DNA of 64,000 bases from Octopus vulgaris (Eukaryota): the NCBI GenBank assembly GCA_951406725.2, contig OX597820.1:85312001-85376000 (forward strand), read 5' to 3'. The translations under genes were made by a program, and so were the position numbers. The notes under the pieces are model-generated. The model worked only from the letters and a program-made list of their open reading frames with translations, made no database searches and had not been told where the DNA came from. Positions within the stretch are counted from its first letter, which is position 1, and each line of letters opens with the position of its first letter. Below, in pieces: positions 1-13,019 of the stretch.

Positions 1-805
1 ATTAAAAGCTACAAACAACCTAAATCACTTAAAAAGATCCTCACGAAGGCAAAATTGTTTTCTGAAATTACGGATGCAAAAGTAAAAAAATGTGGTAGAC
101 CAAACTGCGCAACATGCCCCAACCTTCTAGAAGGATCAGAATTCCTTTTCAATGAGGGACAAAAATTTAAGATCAGATCTAATTTTACTTGTGCTTCTGA
201 AAACATAATTTATGTCATAAGGTGCTCGGGCTGCCACAAAAACTACGTGGGGTCCACGGGACTATCACTCAGACGTAGATGCACTCTGCATCGACAACAT
301 ATTGCATTCCCAGAATACAGAATGATACCCTTTAGTGAGCATATCGAGAAATGCGCAAAGCAACTACTACCACAATTTTTAATCTTTCCATTCTATCAAT
401 GTGCTATAAGGACACCAACACAAATTAGATTATACAAGGAAACATTCTTCATTGAAAAATATAAGCCTAAACTTAACCATTCTAATATTCTTATACAGAG
501 AAACTCACCCCATTAAATAAAGGGGAAAAGAAATATAAAGCGATTATCTCCCTTATACCGGAAGAAATCGCTTATTACGTCCCCCTACCTGGAACTCTCC
601 TTTGCACTACATAACGAAGACATAACACGGTGTAGATAAAGACATTTGAGAAATTTGAAAAGTTAACACGAAACCGGTAATTTCTTCAAAAACTATATTA
701 CTGTATGCAAAAATTTTATAACATTCTTCTAACATACTGACTCAAATATATTCTTTAACCTTATAAAACAAGCCTTCTGTAGTTTTTTCACTCCTTACAA
801 TTTTC
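1..805 (+). mobile_element. Penelope-like element (Neptune-type) 3' end, continuing off the left edge: Cys-rich linker + GIY-YIG endonuclease + 3' terminal region
   Basis: Frame 1 is open 1-516: KQPKSLKKILTKAK..KCGRPNCATC..SNFTCASENIIYVIRCSGCHKNYVGSTG..LRRRCTLHRQHI..KETFFIEKYKPKLN. This is colinear with the C-terminus of ORF 42265-44175. The element ends at a (TA)n tract (~806-825). Confidence 0.88.
649..685 (+). ncRNA. Degenerate minimal type I hammerhead ribozyme motif in PLE 3' region
   Basis: agaaat-TTGAAAA-gttaacac-GAAA-ccgg-TA-atttct: 6-bp stem I, palindromic stem-III loop (ACCGGT). The core differs from CUGANGA at 2 positions. Confidence 0.5.
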
Positions 806-2104
806 TATATATATATATATATATACACATAAATATAATTTGAATTAGAGATATAACCACTATTAAGCAATACAAACAGTGATAGACATAAACCAAAACA
901 TAAAAGTCAAAAATAAATTTAATTAATATAATATACAAAATATATATAAAATATGAAATTTAGAATTTAAATTAATGAAATTTGAAATTTTTAAATTTAT
1001 ATTTATAAATTTTTATATTTTTATATTGCAAATTTTTAAACTTTTAAACTTTTAAACTATTTTTTTCAAAAACTAACCAAAAAGTATTTAAGACTTGGTG
1101 AAGGGAATAGCAGATACCAAATTCGGATATACATATTTTATCCTTATGAAAACTTGAGTGCCTACTAAAGAATGTTGTTGAGTCCAGTTGTGTATAAACT
1201 GAAACTGAGTCATTTTTTAACTTCATTTCATCACACGTTTGTCATTTCGTATCCTATAATATTTTATAATCAATGCGACACAATCACCCCTAGTGTTCAT
1301 GTTCTTCATCTTACTAAACTGTATTTTTGTAGCATATGTTGTAAGCAAGGAATAACTAAATTACCAGTACCGCCATAATTTGTTAAAGATTTATGTATAT
1401 GTCTGCATTTACACAACTACAGACACATGCACACACATATCTGCGTATATATATATATATATATATATAAATTTTAGTGGAGTCACTCTCTTACTACTCC
1501 GAGGTTTAGCCTGCGTATACATAGTACATTCAAGCAAGTAACGGCTGAAGAATAGATGACATTTACAAACATATATAATATATACATGTAGGATTTCTAC
1601 CGTGAGCTATGATAGTGCAGGGGAAATAAGAAAATGGACGTAAATAGTAAAACAAAAAGAAGCAAAAAAGGAAAAGAAATGAGGAGAAAACCAAAACGAA
1701 AAAATTATAATGTATTGAAGAAATGAGAAAATAGAAAAGAGTGGGAAGAAGAGGGAAGGAAGTTGTATTATTGCAGGTAGAATGAAATAGGATAGGCAGG
1801 TGTTAGAATTGTGTGAGACAATTCAGAGGAAGTTGTAAATGAAAGCGTACGTGCAACTGAAACCAAGGGAATTGCCGATGGTTGGTAAGCATTTAAAAGC
1901 TGAAAGAAAAATGTATATAAATAAGATTAAAAAATGTAGAGAAGAATAAAGAAAAAGAAATTGTGATGACTAGCGTAGGGTGAATAAAGGTTCTGTGCAG
2001 CCATGTTGCAGATAATTGAATTATTAGTAATTCAAAGTGTAGAGTGGGTGGTAGTAATGGTGAAGAAGAGCGGGCAGTATTGTTAAAAGGAAATGAATAT
2101 ATAA

Positions 2105-2297
2105 GGTTAGCACACCGAGCGAAATGCTTAGCGGTGTTTTGTCTGTCTACACGTTCTGAGTTCAAATTCCACCGAGGTCGAATTTGCCTTTCATTATTTG
2201 GAATCGATAAATTAATTACCAGTTGCGTGCTGGGATCGATCTAATTAACTAGCCCCTTCAACCAAAATTTTGGACCTTGTGCCTAGAGTAGAAAATA
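2105..2297 (+). mobile_element. tRNA-related SINE, family A (Nin/Deu-like central domain)
   Basis: gttagcacaccgagcgaaatgcttagcgg..gttctgagttcaaattccaccgaggtcg..gcctttcat..cgataaattaattaccagtt; homologous to the copies at 7450, 22872, 25428 and 37408. Confidence 0.8.
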
Positions 2298-2833
2298 ATA
2301 AAATATGTATATGAAACAGTGAAAAAGATCAAGGAAAAGAAGTTAGGAAATTGTGTATGTTGGTATGAATATTACAATATTAAAGATCCGATTAAAACTA
2401 TTAAAGAAATATCGAAAAATATTGAAGATATACTGAAAAGATGTTGAAAACAATGATATTATTCCACACTATGGAATAGATAGTTGATAAATTAATAGAT
2501 TATGATGCGAATAATTGAGGTGGTGAAGGAAAGTAGCATGCAGTAGGAAAGATGATAACAATCATTCTAAAGGTAGTAATATTGATGATAATGAAATAAA
2601 GAAAATTGTTATAATTGTTGCAATTTTTTAAAGTGACAATAATAATAGTCGTAATAGTAATAATGCGTAGTGTGAAGAGCGCGAGACGATATGTAATACA
2701 TACAGATTGACTTTGTTTATTGAATTGAATAATATATTTCAATAGTATTTCTGTTCCTCGAATTCAAATTGAAAACTGGAAAAGATGCCTAAAAACAAGA
2801 ATGACAATATAAATTAAAGCAATACTAATACAT

Positions 2834-3050
2834 AACAAGAGCACTCAGAGAGTGCAAATCTCCCTCAAGGCAACACCAACGTCCTCTCAACGATTAGCTG
2901 GAGAGGAATTTTAAAATGAGAATATCTGAAATAAACTTGACTGCTCTCACAAATGTGAATACTAAAGATAAACACGACTGCTCTCAAAAATTAAGTTATA
3001 AAAAACAGGAAAAATAATCCAGAATCCTTGTCCGGTACCTGGTCGATCAC
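2834..3050 (+). mobile_element. Non-autonomous repeat fragment, possibly Helentron/HINE-like; its motif recurs at ~3678-3707
   Basis: Begins aacaagagcactcagagagtgcaaatctccctcaaggc. aatccttgtccggtac occurs at ~3023 and again at ~3681. The family call is from resemblance only. Confidence 0.3.
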
Positions 3051-3134
3051 AATGGTAGTCATGGAATGTGAAGGTGGGTGTGCAGGCCGTGTTTGTAATA
3101 CTGTGTGTGTGCCGTCTGCAGTGGACAATTTACT

Positions 3135-3360
3135 CTATGAACGTATGAAGGTCTTTTCTATTCTATTCATTGATATACAATCTTTATGGCCATTAAGGTC
3201 TTTAGTGAAAAATGTATCCGTGCGTGAAAGAAAACATAAAGGACCTGCATACAGTATAGTTAGTGGAAGTCTAACAACATCGTTGCGCATAAAAAACGTA
3301 ATTCCAAGAAGAAAATTTTCCTTCAAGGCAGAGCTAGAAATGCAATTGTCAAGTAGGTAA
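3135..3360 (-). pseudogene. Gypsy LTR-retrotransposon integrase C-terminal (GPY/F module) remnant
   Basis: FFMRNDVVRLPLTILYAGPLCFLSRTDTFFTKDLNGHKDCISMNRIEK matches the Gypsy pattern FVRxDAVRxPLxxPYxGPxxVLxRxDKxFTxDxNGxxDxxSxDRLK. Confidence 0.6.
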
Positions 3361-3719
3361 GATGTTTTAAACAGGAGCGATATATTCAAAATAGGTAAAA
3401 CTAAAAATTGTCGAGGATAAATTAATTTTTTTATTGTTACTTAATACGGTATTGTTATTTAATTTCTGAATAGTTTTGCTGTTTTACTTTATGTAGTTTG
3501 ATTTCGCCTAAGATAGAGAAGCGAATAAAATTAATAATACAGAAATAAAAATAATAAAACTTTGGAAAGAGCAACGTCGCCATAACTTACATGGAAACCG
3601 TGAGCGTGGTTTCAAGGGAGATAATCATACAAAGACTTGAAAGTGGACGTAAAGTAAAGTAAATATAACAACTAATCCAAAATCCTTGTCCGGTACAGAA
3701 TCGATCTTGAATGATTTAG

Positions 3720-3860
3720 TCGAAAAATTCGACTGCAGTTCTTAGTTTGTTTTAAGTCTGGTACTAATCCTATCGGTCACCTTTCCATAGCCGCTCCGTT
3801 ACAAGGAAGTAAATAAACTAACGCCTGTTGTCATACAGTGATGGGGACACACACTATCAA
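3720..3860 (-). mobile_element. SINE family B, 3' half
   Basis: Reverse complement of the family-B tail (gacaac..gtttac..gtaac..gcgg..gaccgatag..agtacca) seen at 23815-23890. Confidence 0.55.
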
Positions 3861-3923
3861 AAAGGCACACATTCACATTTATATATATGCATGTGCGTGT
3901 GTGTGGGTATGTGTGTGTGTATC

Positions 3924-4051
3924 GGTAAGTAGCTTGCTTACCAACCACGTGGTTCCGGGTTCAGCTCCGCTGCGTGGCACCTTGGACAAGTGCCTTCTAC
4001 TATAGACTCGGGCCGATCAAAGCATTGTGAGCGGATTTGGTAAACATCGTA

Positions 4052-4052
<1 letters not shown>
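3924..4052 (+). mobile_element. tRNA-derived CORE-like SINE family B, 5' half
   Basis: ggtaagtagcttgcttaccaaccacgtggttccgggttcagctccgctgcgtggcaccttggacaagtg..ggccgatcaaagcattgtgagcggatttgg: B-box-like GGTTCAGNNCC plus CORE-like accttgggcaagt; ends in (TA)n. Confidence 0.8.
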
Positions 4053-4098
<46 letters not shown>

Positions 4099-4559
4099 CA
4101 TTTCTAAAACTATCAGAGAGATTTATTCAGTAGTAGCACAATAATAAAGTGATGGAATGTTGTCAACTTAATGTGACAGTTCCATGAAAGGGAAGAAGGC
4201 TCCTGCTATTTAACCCTAGGAAACACCGTTTCCGGTTGGCTACGGCGCACATATATATATTAGAAATGGTCACAAAAGTAATACCAATAATGTGAAATTT
4301 AATAATATTAAGAATACTAATATGACTAATAATAAAAATTTAAATGTTAATAAGAATAAAAATAACGCACCCCAAAGATCCAATATAACCCCAGTAAAGC
4401 ATGATAATACCAAGCTAACTAAATCAAATAAACCGTACAGAAATAACCCTTATAAAACTGATAATAATAATAACAATTACTATAGTAAGAAATATTATAA
4501 TCATAACCATAACTTCATAGTCTACAATACTGTGAGGACAGTTTCTACACCAAAAGTAA

Positions 4560-4830
4560 TAATATTAAAAATAAATGAAATAGCGATAAGATCTAGTTAA
4601 TGCAGCTTATAATGAGAGTTATACATAAGCACTTGAACTTCAAAAACAAATACTCTGAAATCTTTAAAATAAAATTAGAGTAGGACATAGCCTAACTAGT
4701 AACCTGGCTACTATCATAGCATTCCCAAATGTAGCTACTAAGTCCTGTAGAGTTCGCTTTACTTCTATTCGTCGACTACAGAACCAATCCATGGCAGGGA
4801 CTATAAAAGTCTGTAAAACTTTCCTGATGT
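4560..4830 (+). pseudogene. Highly degenerate PLE (Nematis-like) RT-thumb/linker fragment
   Basis: Interrupted reading HLNFKNKYSEIFK..KIRVGHSLTSNLATII resembles the Nematis HF..KIFN..K.SYS...N...II motif; it is preceded by an Asn-rich ORF (4292-4600). Confidence 0.3.
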
Positions 4831-6119
4831 TTATCATTTAAATATACATGAACAAGACTTGAAATACAACTATATGCATGAGAATGCATACATAAAACAA
4901 AACGTATAAATGTGCACAAATGCATGCGTACATACATACAAAATATTCTGTTCTTGATGTTGAAATTTCAATGAAGGGACTTTTGATCTTTGATAGAAAT
5001 CGGCTCTTTCTGTAATCGCAAGAATTCTTGAAATAAAACTGAATAACAACATACATACTTACATACAAACATGCATATATAAGTTTGTATAAAAGCGGAG
5101 GCACGAGTAAACATGTTTATCCATGGTTATATGTCTTGTGAATGACGTAGCTGAACTCAACTCGTCTCACAACAGCAAGATGGTTATTATAATCCAGGAT
5201 ACAATATAATCGATTTGCATGTGTGTGCGCGCGCGTATGCATGTATAATTCCTGCTATATCTATTACGTTTATATATACATGAACATTTATAAAAATTGT
5301 ATATTTACTAACACTTCGAGCGTTAATTGGCTTCTTTACAGGAATGTCTTATTTAATATATTTCCCAATCCTAGTTTAATCACCCGGTTATAGTAGTCTA
5401 GTTAATTATATATACTTCTCTTCTATCATTATATTTATCTCATCTCCAATTTTCTTAACCTCCTAAATCTTTACTTCTGACAATTGATTAAAGTTTTCCA
5501 TCTTATATTCCAATTACTTTAGTCCATCTATAAATCTGTTATTCCATTTTATTTCATTTTATCTTTTAAGATGATGACCAGTGTTTTAATTAAATTTAAT
5601 AAAAACCACATTCCTACTTTAATCTCAAATAATTTCATTTTGTTTAAGATATATTTATATATTTGATTTATATCTTTGCTTATTTTTGGTACATCACTTG
5701 ATATTTATATACTGCTGTGTGTTTGTCTGAATATATACGTGCGTCTGTGTGTTGTGTGTGTGTGTGTGTGTGTGTGTGAATGTGTTCATAGATGAGTATA
5801 TGTATGCGTGTGTTCATCTGAATATGTGTCCATATATTTTTATATATGTATGTGCGTACGTGTCTGCGTGTGAGTGTATGTGTGCGTATCTATCTATCTC
5901 TCTCTCTCTCTATATATATATATAGATACATACATACATATATATATATATTCTCGCGTATGTACTAATATGCATGGATTCACATATACATATATTTGTG
6001 CGCACACATCTATACATACGTGCATATATATATATATATGTATATATATATGCATGTATATATATATAATGTATATGCATACATATATACATGTACATAC
6101 ATATATAATTATGAATATG

Positions 6120-6170
<51 letters not shown>

Positions 6171-6889
6171 TATATATATAATTGATATGTGTGCGTTTGT
6201 GTGTGTGTGTGTATGTGTGTGTATTTGTTCATTCACTCACACATACAGATATAAGGAGCGTATAACCGGCTACATGTGTGTTATTTCTTTCTTCCTAAGT
6301 ATTGATATGCTTTCATATAATGCATTAATTAGTTTTCTGAAAATATCAGACCAGTTAAGCATCCTACGCAGCATATTTAATACTTCTCTTAAAGCATTAC
6401 TTTTAATAAATCATATGCATAATAACTGCGACACTATCAACCAGAACAGCTGCAATAAAACATGTTTATTGATTCTAAAATAAATGTTATTCAAGAATAT
6501 AAAATAAACAACTTCATTATAATTGAATACTGCACTACACTCTTAAAATGGAGGAACAGATAACAGCTAAGACCGATTAGTGGTGTGGCTATTAATTAAG
6601 GATCTGCAACAAGCTGGATTTTCAGATAATATATACACGTTTATATACATACTGTATGCAGATTAATCAACTAAAGGGAAATCGCAGCATTAATTCTAAG
6701 CATGTACACAGTTTGTTGTTGTTGTCGTTGTGGTGGTTGAAGACTTTGTAATTATTTGTTTGTTGTTGCTGTTTCGTTCCTTCCCGCTTTAAATGGAAGA
6801 AAAATGTGATCAAATGCAGTCGAACAACGCTCATCCTTACATTTTATGCGATACATATTATAATAGCTAATAAAGAAATATTGATTTCA

Positions 6890-7057
6890 AAAAATGGCAC
6901 AAAGTCAGTATTTACGAGGATGGGGTTAAATCGATGACATCGACCCAAGCTCTCAACTGCTACTTATTTTATGGACCTCGAAATGATGGAAGGCAGATGA
7001 GATCCCGCTAAGCATTTTGCCCGGCGTGCTAACGATTCTGCCAGCTCATCGCCTTAG
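6890..7057 (-). mobile_element. SINE family A copy
   Basis: Reverse complement reads aaggcgatgagctggcagaatcgttagcacgccgggcaaaatgcttagcgg..ccttccatcatttcgaggtccataaaataagtagcagttg. Confidence 0.75.
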
Positions 7058-7323
7058 CAATATTGTATAATGGCCTTCGATAGGGAAGAATAAAATAGGC
7101 TAAACAGGTTATTTCACTGTTGTATCTAGCATCAGTACTGACTATAGAAGATTGTGTTCGATTTTCTATGGCAGTGAAAATAAAGGATGTATACTGGTAA
7201 TCGAAACATTACAGAAATAACAGCCTTAGTTATTATAATTTTTGAAAAAAAAGTGCTATGAAAATGCTAAGAGATGTGTTGCTGCTCGGAAACAGTCAAT
7301 TTCACTGGACAGTACAGATTTAC

Positions 7324-8690
7324 TACTGAGGTAAAAGCATTTGTATTAGACTAAATCGAGGGTGCTGATTCCGAATTCGCACTCAGACCTGTTCTAGCAC
7401 GTCAAGAGTTTTAGTTATGCCCTTGTATAACTATAGTTTCGGCTAGATATATTTTTTTTTACTACCCACAAGAGGCTAAACATAGAGGGGACAAACATGG
7501 ACAGACAAATGGATTAAGTTGATTATATCGACCCCAGTGCGTAACTGGTAATTAATTTATCGATCCTGAAAGGATGAAAGGCAAAGTCGACCTCCACGGA
7601 ATTTGAACTCGGAACGTAACGGCAGACGAAATACGGCTACGCATTTCTCCCGGCGTGCTAACATAGGCTGTATTATAAAATTTGATAGATGGCGCTGACG
7701 TATTGTGTGCAAGCGTCGCATAAGTGAGTTTGTTCTTCGTAGCTCTCTGTGTCGTTTGTGATGCCGTCACGTGTAGTATGTATATCTCCCGCTCTGTGTG
7801 ATTACTGTTTTAACTGTCTTCGTTGTGTTAGATCATGAATAGGAGAAGTTGTGTGAATCACCCAGATAACTATTGTGATGTCTGTGGAAAATTTACTCCA
7901 CGTGACCAGCGGAAGAACATTGCTACCAAATTAAAAACTGCCTATAAATATTATTTCAGGTATATAGTTGTGGACCAAGATAAGAGGTGAGCACCTCATA
8001 TATGCTGCACCGGTCTTACTCAAGGCTTAAAGAGAGGCTGAACGGAAACGGAAGGGAAATTCTATGAAGGCTTATCTCTCTTTTTCAAGCAAGAATATAA
8101 CGCTTGTTCCTGTACTGACGTTAATGCGCTCATGCAAAAACCTGGACATGTGCATATAGTTAAAGAATGGAGATTGTTTATAGACCCGAGTCAAGTTAGA
8201 CTTAAAGCTGGTAATGAAAAACCTTCCATTCCTGTGGGCCATGTTGTCGGTATGGAGAAAACTTATAAAACGATGGAATTCACTCTGAAAGGAATTAATT
8301 ACTGAGTTCATAAGTGGAATATTTAAAGTGGTGATTTAAAGTGATTTCCCACCTCCTGGGACTTGCATTCGAGAAATCATAGAGCTGAAAAAAATGCTGA
8401 TTTAATAAACAACATGCTAAGAGCGTATGAAAGAATGGGATGCCGAATTTCTTGCATTCTCATCTCGATTTTTCCCAACCGGTTTTGTGTGCCGTTAGTG
8501 ATGAGAGGTTCCACCAGGACAAATCTGAGATGGAAACGAGGTACCAAGACTGGTTCAATCCACACAAGATGGGTGACAACTGCTGGTTCCTACAATGGGA
8601 GATCAGCTCGACGTACAAACGCAAGAGTAAATGTCGGAAACATTTCTGAACTGAGCATATCACAAATAAAGTGAATATTCCCTTGATATA
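7324..8690 (+). mobile_element. Internally deleted, degenerate CMC/Chapaev3-like DNA transposon, interrupted by a SINE
   Basis: N-terminal MNRRSCVNHPDNYCDVCGKFT..YKYYF..VDQDKR*APHICC (from 7835) and C-terminal FLHSHLDF..AVSDERFHQDKSEMETRYQDWFNPHKMGDNCWFL (8440-8649) are typical Chapaev3 transposase motifs. Contains stops and frameshifts; the 5' boundary is inferred. Confidence 0.72.
7450..7662 (-). mobile_element. SINE family A copy nested in the Chapaev3-like element
   Basis: Reverse complement is nearly colinear with 25449-25660 (gttagcacgccggg..gagttcaaattccg..gcctttcatcctttcaggatcgataaatta..cttgtgggtagtaaa). Confidence 0.85.
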
Positions 8691-8699
8691 AATATATAT

Positions 8700-8850
8700 A
8701 GGCGTGAGTGTTTAGTAAGAGGCTTACTTCACAACTGCTTGGTTCCGGGTTCAGTCACACTACGTCACAACATGGGCATATATAATTTCGGGCCGACCAA
8801 AGCTCTGTGAGTGGATTCGATATAAGGAAACTGAAAGAAACCCGTCGTAC
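8700..8850 (+). mobile_element. SINE family B, 5' half
   Basis: ggttccgggttcagtcacactacg..gggccgaccaaagctctgtgagtggatt..ggaaactgaaagaaacccgtcgta. Confidence 0.75.
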
Positions 8851-8913
8851 ATATGAATAAATGTATAAAAGCATATATCATAGTATGTGTTTTACATAAG
8901 TAAAGGAATAATA

Positions 8914-8949
<36 letters not shown>

Positions 8950-8951
<2 letters not shown>

Positions 8952-9430
8952 TGTATAAAGGATCGTGGGTAAGGCCAGGGCAATTCGAAGTAAGAGCAAG
9001 ACAAATAACAAGAAGACAAATATATGAATTAAGGTAGACATACCTTCTATTCAATATTTCGGTGTTATGACCCCTTCCTCAAGAAATTAACGAATGTTGC
9101 AGATGTGCGTGTGTGGAGTGGGCATGCGCAGAAAGCTGTAGCTATAGCAACCACCTAGCTTCCTGTAACTCTCTTCTGCTGATGATGGTGGGTTTCCTTT
9201 GGTATATGAGGTTGGCATCAAGATTCTAAGGTTTTCCCAGTCGCCCTGATGTTTACTGTGAATTCTTGGTTCTTGCATTTCTGTAGTTGTTTCTTCACGG
9301 AAATGTCTGCCTGCATATGTCCTTTTATGCGTATATACAGTTTTCTTGTCGTGCTTCCTGTGTAGGATGCGCCACCTTTGCCATAGAGGTCTCGTATACA
9401 ACATAGGTCCTCTAGCACATTTCAGGGTTA
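8950..9430 (-). mobile_element. PLE 3' fragment (GIY-YIG remnant + 3' region with hammerhead-like motif at 9049-9086)
   Basis: ORF 9218-9418 GASYTGSTTRKLYIRIKGH is the YIG motif (YxGxTxR.L..R..EH). The minus strand has ttc-TTGAGGA-A-ggggtcataacacc-GAAA-ta-TT-gaa. The 3' end abuts (TA)n at ~8916-8948. Confidence 0.65.
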
Positions 9431-9499
9431 CTGATGGGGAAGTTCGATAATGTGCACTCCTTGGAGTAGTGAAAGGTGTTCATGTGTGCGTGTGTGTGT

Positions 9500-9570
9500 C
9501 ATAGCCGCAGACCGACCAACGCCTTGTGAGGGTATTTCGTACACGGAAACTGAATACATATGTGTATATT

Positions 9571-9607
<37 letters not shown>

Positions 9608-9810
9608 ATATGTCTGTGTTTGTACCATCACCATTGCTTGAGAACCGATGCTGCTGTGATTACGTTCCCATAACTTAGCGGCTCGGCAAAAGACAAAAGA
9701 ATATGTATTAGGCTTACAAAGAATAAATCCTGTGGTCGATTTGTTCGACCAACGGCTGTGCTCCAGCATGGTCGCAGTTACACGACTGAAACCAGTAAAA
9801 CAATAAAAAG
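9500..9810 (+). mobile_element. SINE family B, central and 3' part with internal (TG)n
   Basis: ccgaccaacgccttgtgag..cggaaactgaa..(TG)n..taacttagcggctcggcaaaagac..gctccagcatggtcgcag..gactgaaac. Confidence 0.75.
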
Positions 9811-11049
9811 AACTATGCCATTTTGATCCTGAGCAAGGCCGTCTATCTCTGCTTGTATTTATATATAAACAGACATTCGTACATACATACTTACACAACA
9901 TTTGTAGTATATATATATATATATACATTCTACATATATAGAAAAATAAGCGTAATACACATGAATATTGTGAGAATATGGATAGAAAATATGGATAGAA
10001 ACCAAGACTTTGGAGTCTAACATATTGGTTACAGCGGTTTATGACATACATGTCAACTCAACGATTTTCTAATTTAGTCGTTCTTGTTATAACCTGAATT
10101 AGTGAAGATGAAGAGAAATGGTCTAAAGTACAGCACCTAATATATATTTGTTTCGCTTTCTATTTCTGTAAGCAGAAATAATAGAAAACAGGATAATATT
10201 AATAAAATAACATTTAACTCAGCAATAATGTGTGGAGATGAAACGTGCTATCAGACATATAATAAGCCTTTGTGCTATGAAGTATGAGTTTATTGAAGAC
10301 TTTCGAAAATATAGACAATGCACAAAATTAGGTAAGAAGGATTAAGAATGCCAAAACCATGAGAATGGTATTAAACACTAAGAAACGGAAAATAGTAGAT
10401 ATTTTGTAAGCATAATTGGATAAATTACAGTGTACTGTGTGCGCAAAGTTAATACACCTGGAAAGAAGAGTTGTAGTGATATACAAAGGTTTATGTGGGT
10501 GGTTAATATTATTTAGTCAAAATACAGTTAATGCGTGAGTAGGTGATTCGTGGTAAGTAAAATGCTGATTGATGATTACGATGAGGATAATGATAATAAG
10601 GGAATAATTATTTTCTTCATTTGAAGTGGCAAAACTTTGTCTTAGATTTTCATACGGTTTTGAAAATATATACGTAAGTACATATTTCGGAATACTCTCT
10701 TCCTGACATTCACCACCCATGAAATCACAAATAGCTGCATTTACATACCTAAAAGAAAACTTGGATGTAAAACGCTCAGTATAACGAAAAAGAAAAAAGG
10801 TCATGAATGAGTTTGTTTCCCGCAGACTTGAAGTCATTAGTAATGACATGAAAAACAGACTTTCTTGGAATGGTGACTGCTACATAACAATACAATTCGA
10901 ACGCTATGCCTTTGCTACCCAAGTTCAGGAGTTTGCAACAAAATACCTAATGAATACAAAAGATATTTAGGCAATTGAAACCCGAAGAATCAACCAAAAA
11001 TGTCGTTTAAGCCACATTTCTGAAGAAAACAATATATTCTGTCAGTAAT

Positions 11050-11600
11050 TACCCAAAGGAGTCATGAAGGTACAATTTCACAATGCGATATGAACCTGTT
11101 GTTAAAACAACGCACAATACCTTCCGAAAATAAAATTGGCTTGTGGTAACTATAGAGGATTGTTCTATCATTGAAACAAACATAAGTATCAACACAAGTA
11201 GCAATGGTGGAACTTTCCCTTCAAATCTTCTAGGAAGTGCTAACTTAATATGCTGAATATATTTTGGGGGGACCTACAAAAAAGTGTGTCCCGCCATATA
11301 GGTGAGTTACTCGAATGAGTTTAATGTGAAAGACAAGGATAAGTACAGACAAGTACCTCGAAACATTCAGCGACTATACCAATTACAATTCGTGGACTTG
11401 GATTCGTGACAAACCGCAAAATCTATGATTTTCAAAGACGCTAATCAACCAACTAACACAGCATTACGAATGAAAACTGTAAGCGGAAAATTAAAATTAT
11501 GCAAGATATTTCCCAAATTCAAAATGGGACAAAATTTTTATTATCTACTTTCCACCGATGGAGCTTAATATCTTTCTCAGAAACTAGCTCCTTAATTACA
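11050..11600 (+). pseudogene. Possible highly degenerate RTE-like LINE RT remnant
   Basis: gcttgtggtaactatagagga = ACGNYRG (cf. DCNNYRGISLL at ~51960); downstream QNFYYLLS resembles the FxYLGS motif. Very decayed. Confidence 0.3.
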
Positions 11601-11896
11601 GACAGAATCGAAATAATTTACAACAAAATATAGCGGTTTGCGTGCTTAGGGTGAGATAAGAAATAATACACAACGTTTATATAAACAAGTATGCAAATAT
11701 ACACATATACGAGGGCTAGTTATCAGCATACTCATAAATAATAGATTTATGCTTCTCTAGGTGTTTTGGCGCTTCATTTCCCATGTCGAGAGGCATAGCG
11801 TTTTCATCTAACAAATTCATTCTCAAGGCAAAAGTTGTCAGGTATGGCTACCATACCTGACATCAGATCAAGGCAACTTGCAGTTAGACCGATATG

Positions 11897-11949
<53 letters not shown>

Positions 11950-11952
11950 TAT

Positions 11953-12244
11953 AAGAAGTTTGAAAACGCCACTATATAAGGTACATTCTAATTTTCTTAG
12001 AGAATTTACTTGTTTCGGTTCTTCTTGAAAATAACGAACCTTATCAATAATATTTTTAAAAGTTAAGTGTAATAAAAAAGTTCATAATTGTTGAAACTTG
12101 AAAGAAGCAATTATGAACTTTTTTGTTACACTTAACTTTTTAAAATATTTTTGATAAGGTTCGTTTTTTCAAGAAGAACCCAAACATGTAAAATCTTTAA
12201 GAAAATTAAAATGTATTTTATATAGTGGGGTTTTTCAACTTCTT
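11953..12244. repeat. ~140-bp-arm imperfect palindrome (head-to-head PLE-like termini) between (TA)n tracts
   Basis: 11953-12092 is the reverse complement of ~12106-12244 (e.g. aagttcataattg/caattatgaactt; ggttcttcttgaaaataacgaaccttatcaa/ttgataaggttcgttttttcaagaagaacc). Confidence 0.9.
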
Positions 12245-12362
12245 TTTTACGAATATATACCCAATCGCATGCCAGCTACACTTTTTATAAATAAATAAAT
12301 AAATATATATATATATAATTATATGTATGTATATAATTATATGTATGTATGTATATATATAT

Positions 12363-12433
<71 letters not shown>

Positions 12434-12441
12434 TGTATTCA

Positions 12442-12486
<45 letters not shown>

Positions 12487-12736
12487 AATATGAATTCATT
12501 TTGGTGTTTATATACGAGCAATAAATTGCTGGATGTGCCGGTCGGCAATCTATAAAGTACAATCTACAATGCATGTTTTTTTTTAATTACATTTTAGGAC
12601 ACTGAAGTGTTTTATATGTCCTTGAAAATTGAGTTAGAAAATTTATGCCCGTAATTAAGATACTGTGGTGAAGGCAACATATTTACATATTTTGCAGCAA
12701 ACTTAATGTCTCAGCAGTGCCGCTGCCCCACTCTCA

Positions 12737-12810
<74 letters not shown>

Positions 12811-13019
12811 ATGTATGTATCTATGTATATATATATATATATTATATATATGAGAGAAAGAGGGAGAGAGAGATGATGATGAGGAGGAGGAGGAGGAGAA
12901 TGATAATGGTTTCTCCCGTCGATTTTGGCGTATAAATGTTTCAATAAGTGGTTTTGAATTTTGAAGATGTAAGAAAAAGAGAAAGCACTTTTAGAAAGAA
13001 AAGAAGAGAGAAGTTGCAT

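Noticed and set aside
5874-6236. ORFs rich in YI/HT/CV/LL/NN/II repeats here and throughout (e.g. 12218-13019, 16009-16436, 27256-27550, 33674-34965, 40135-41169, 57036-57779)
   Set aside because: These are translations of stop-free (TA)n, (CA)n, (TAA)n and (CATA)n microsatellites, not genes.
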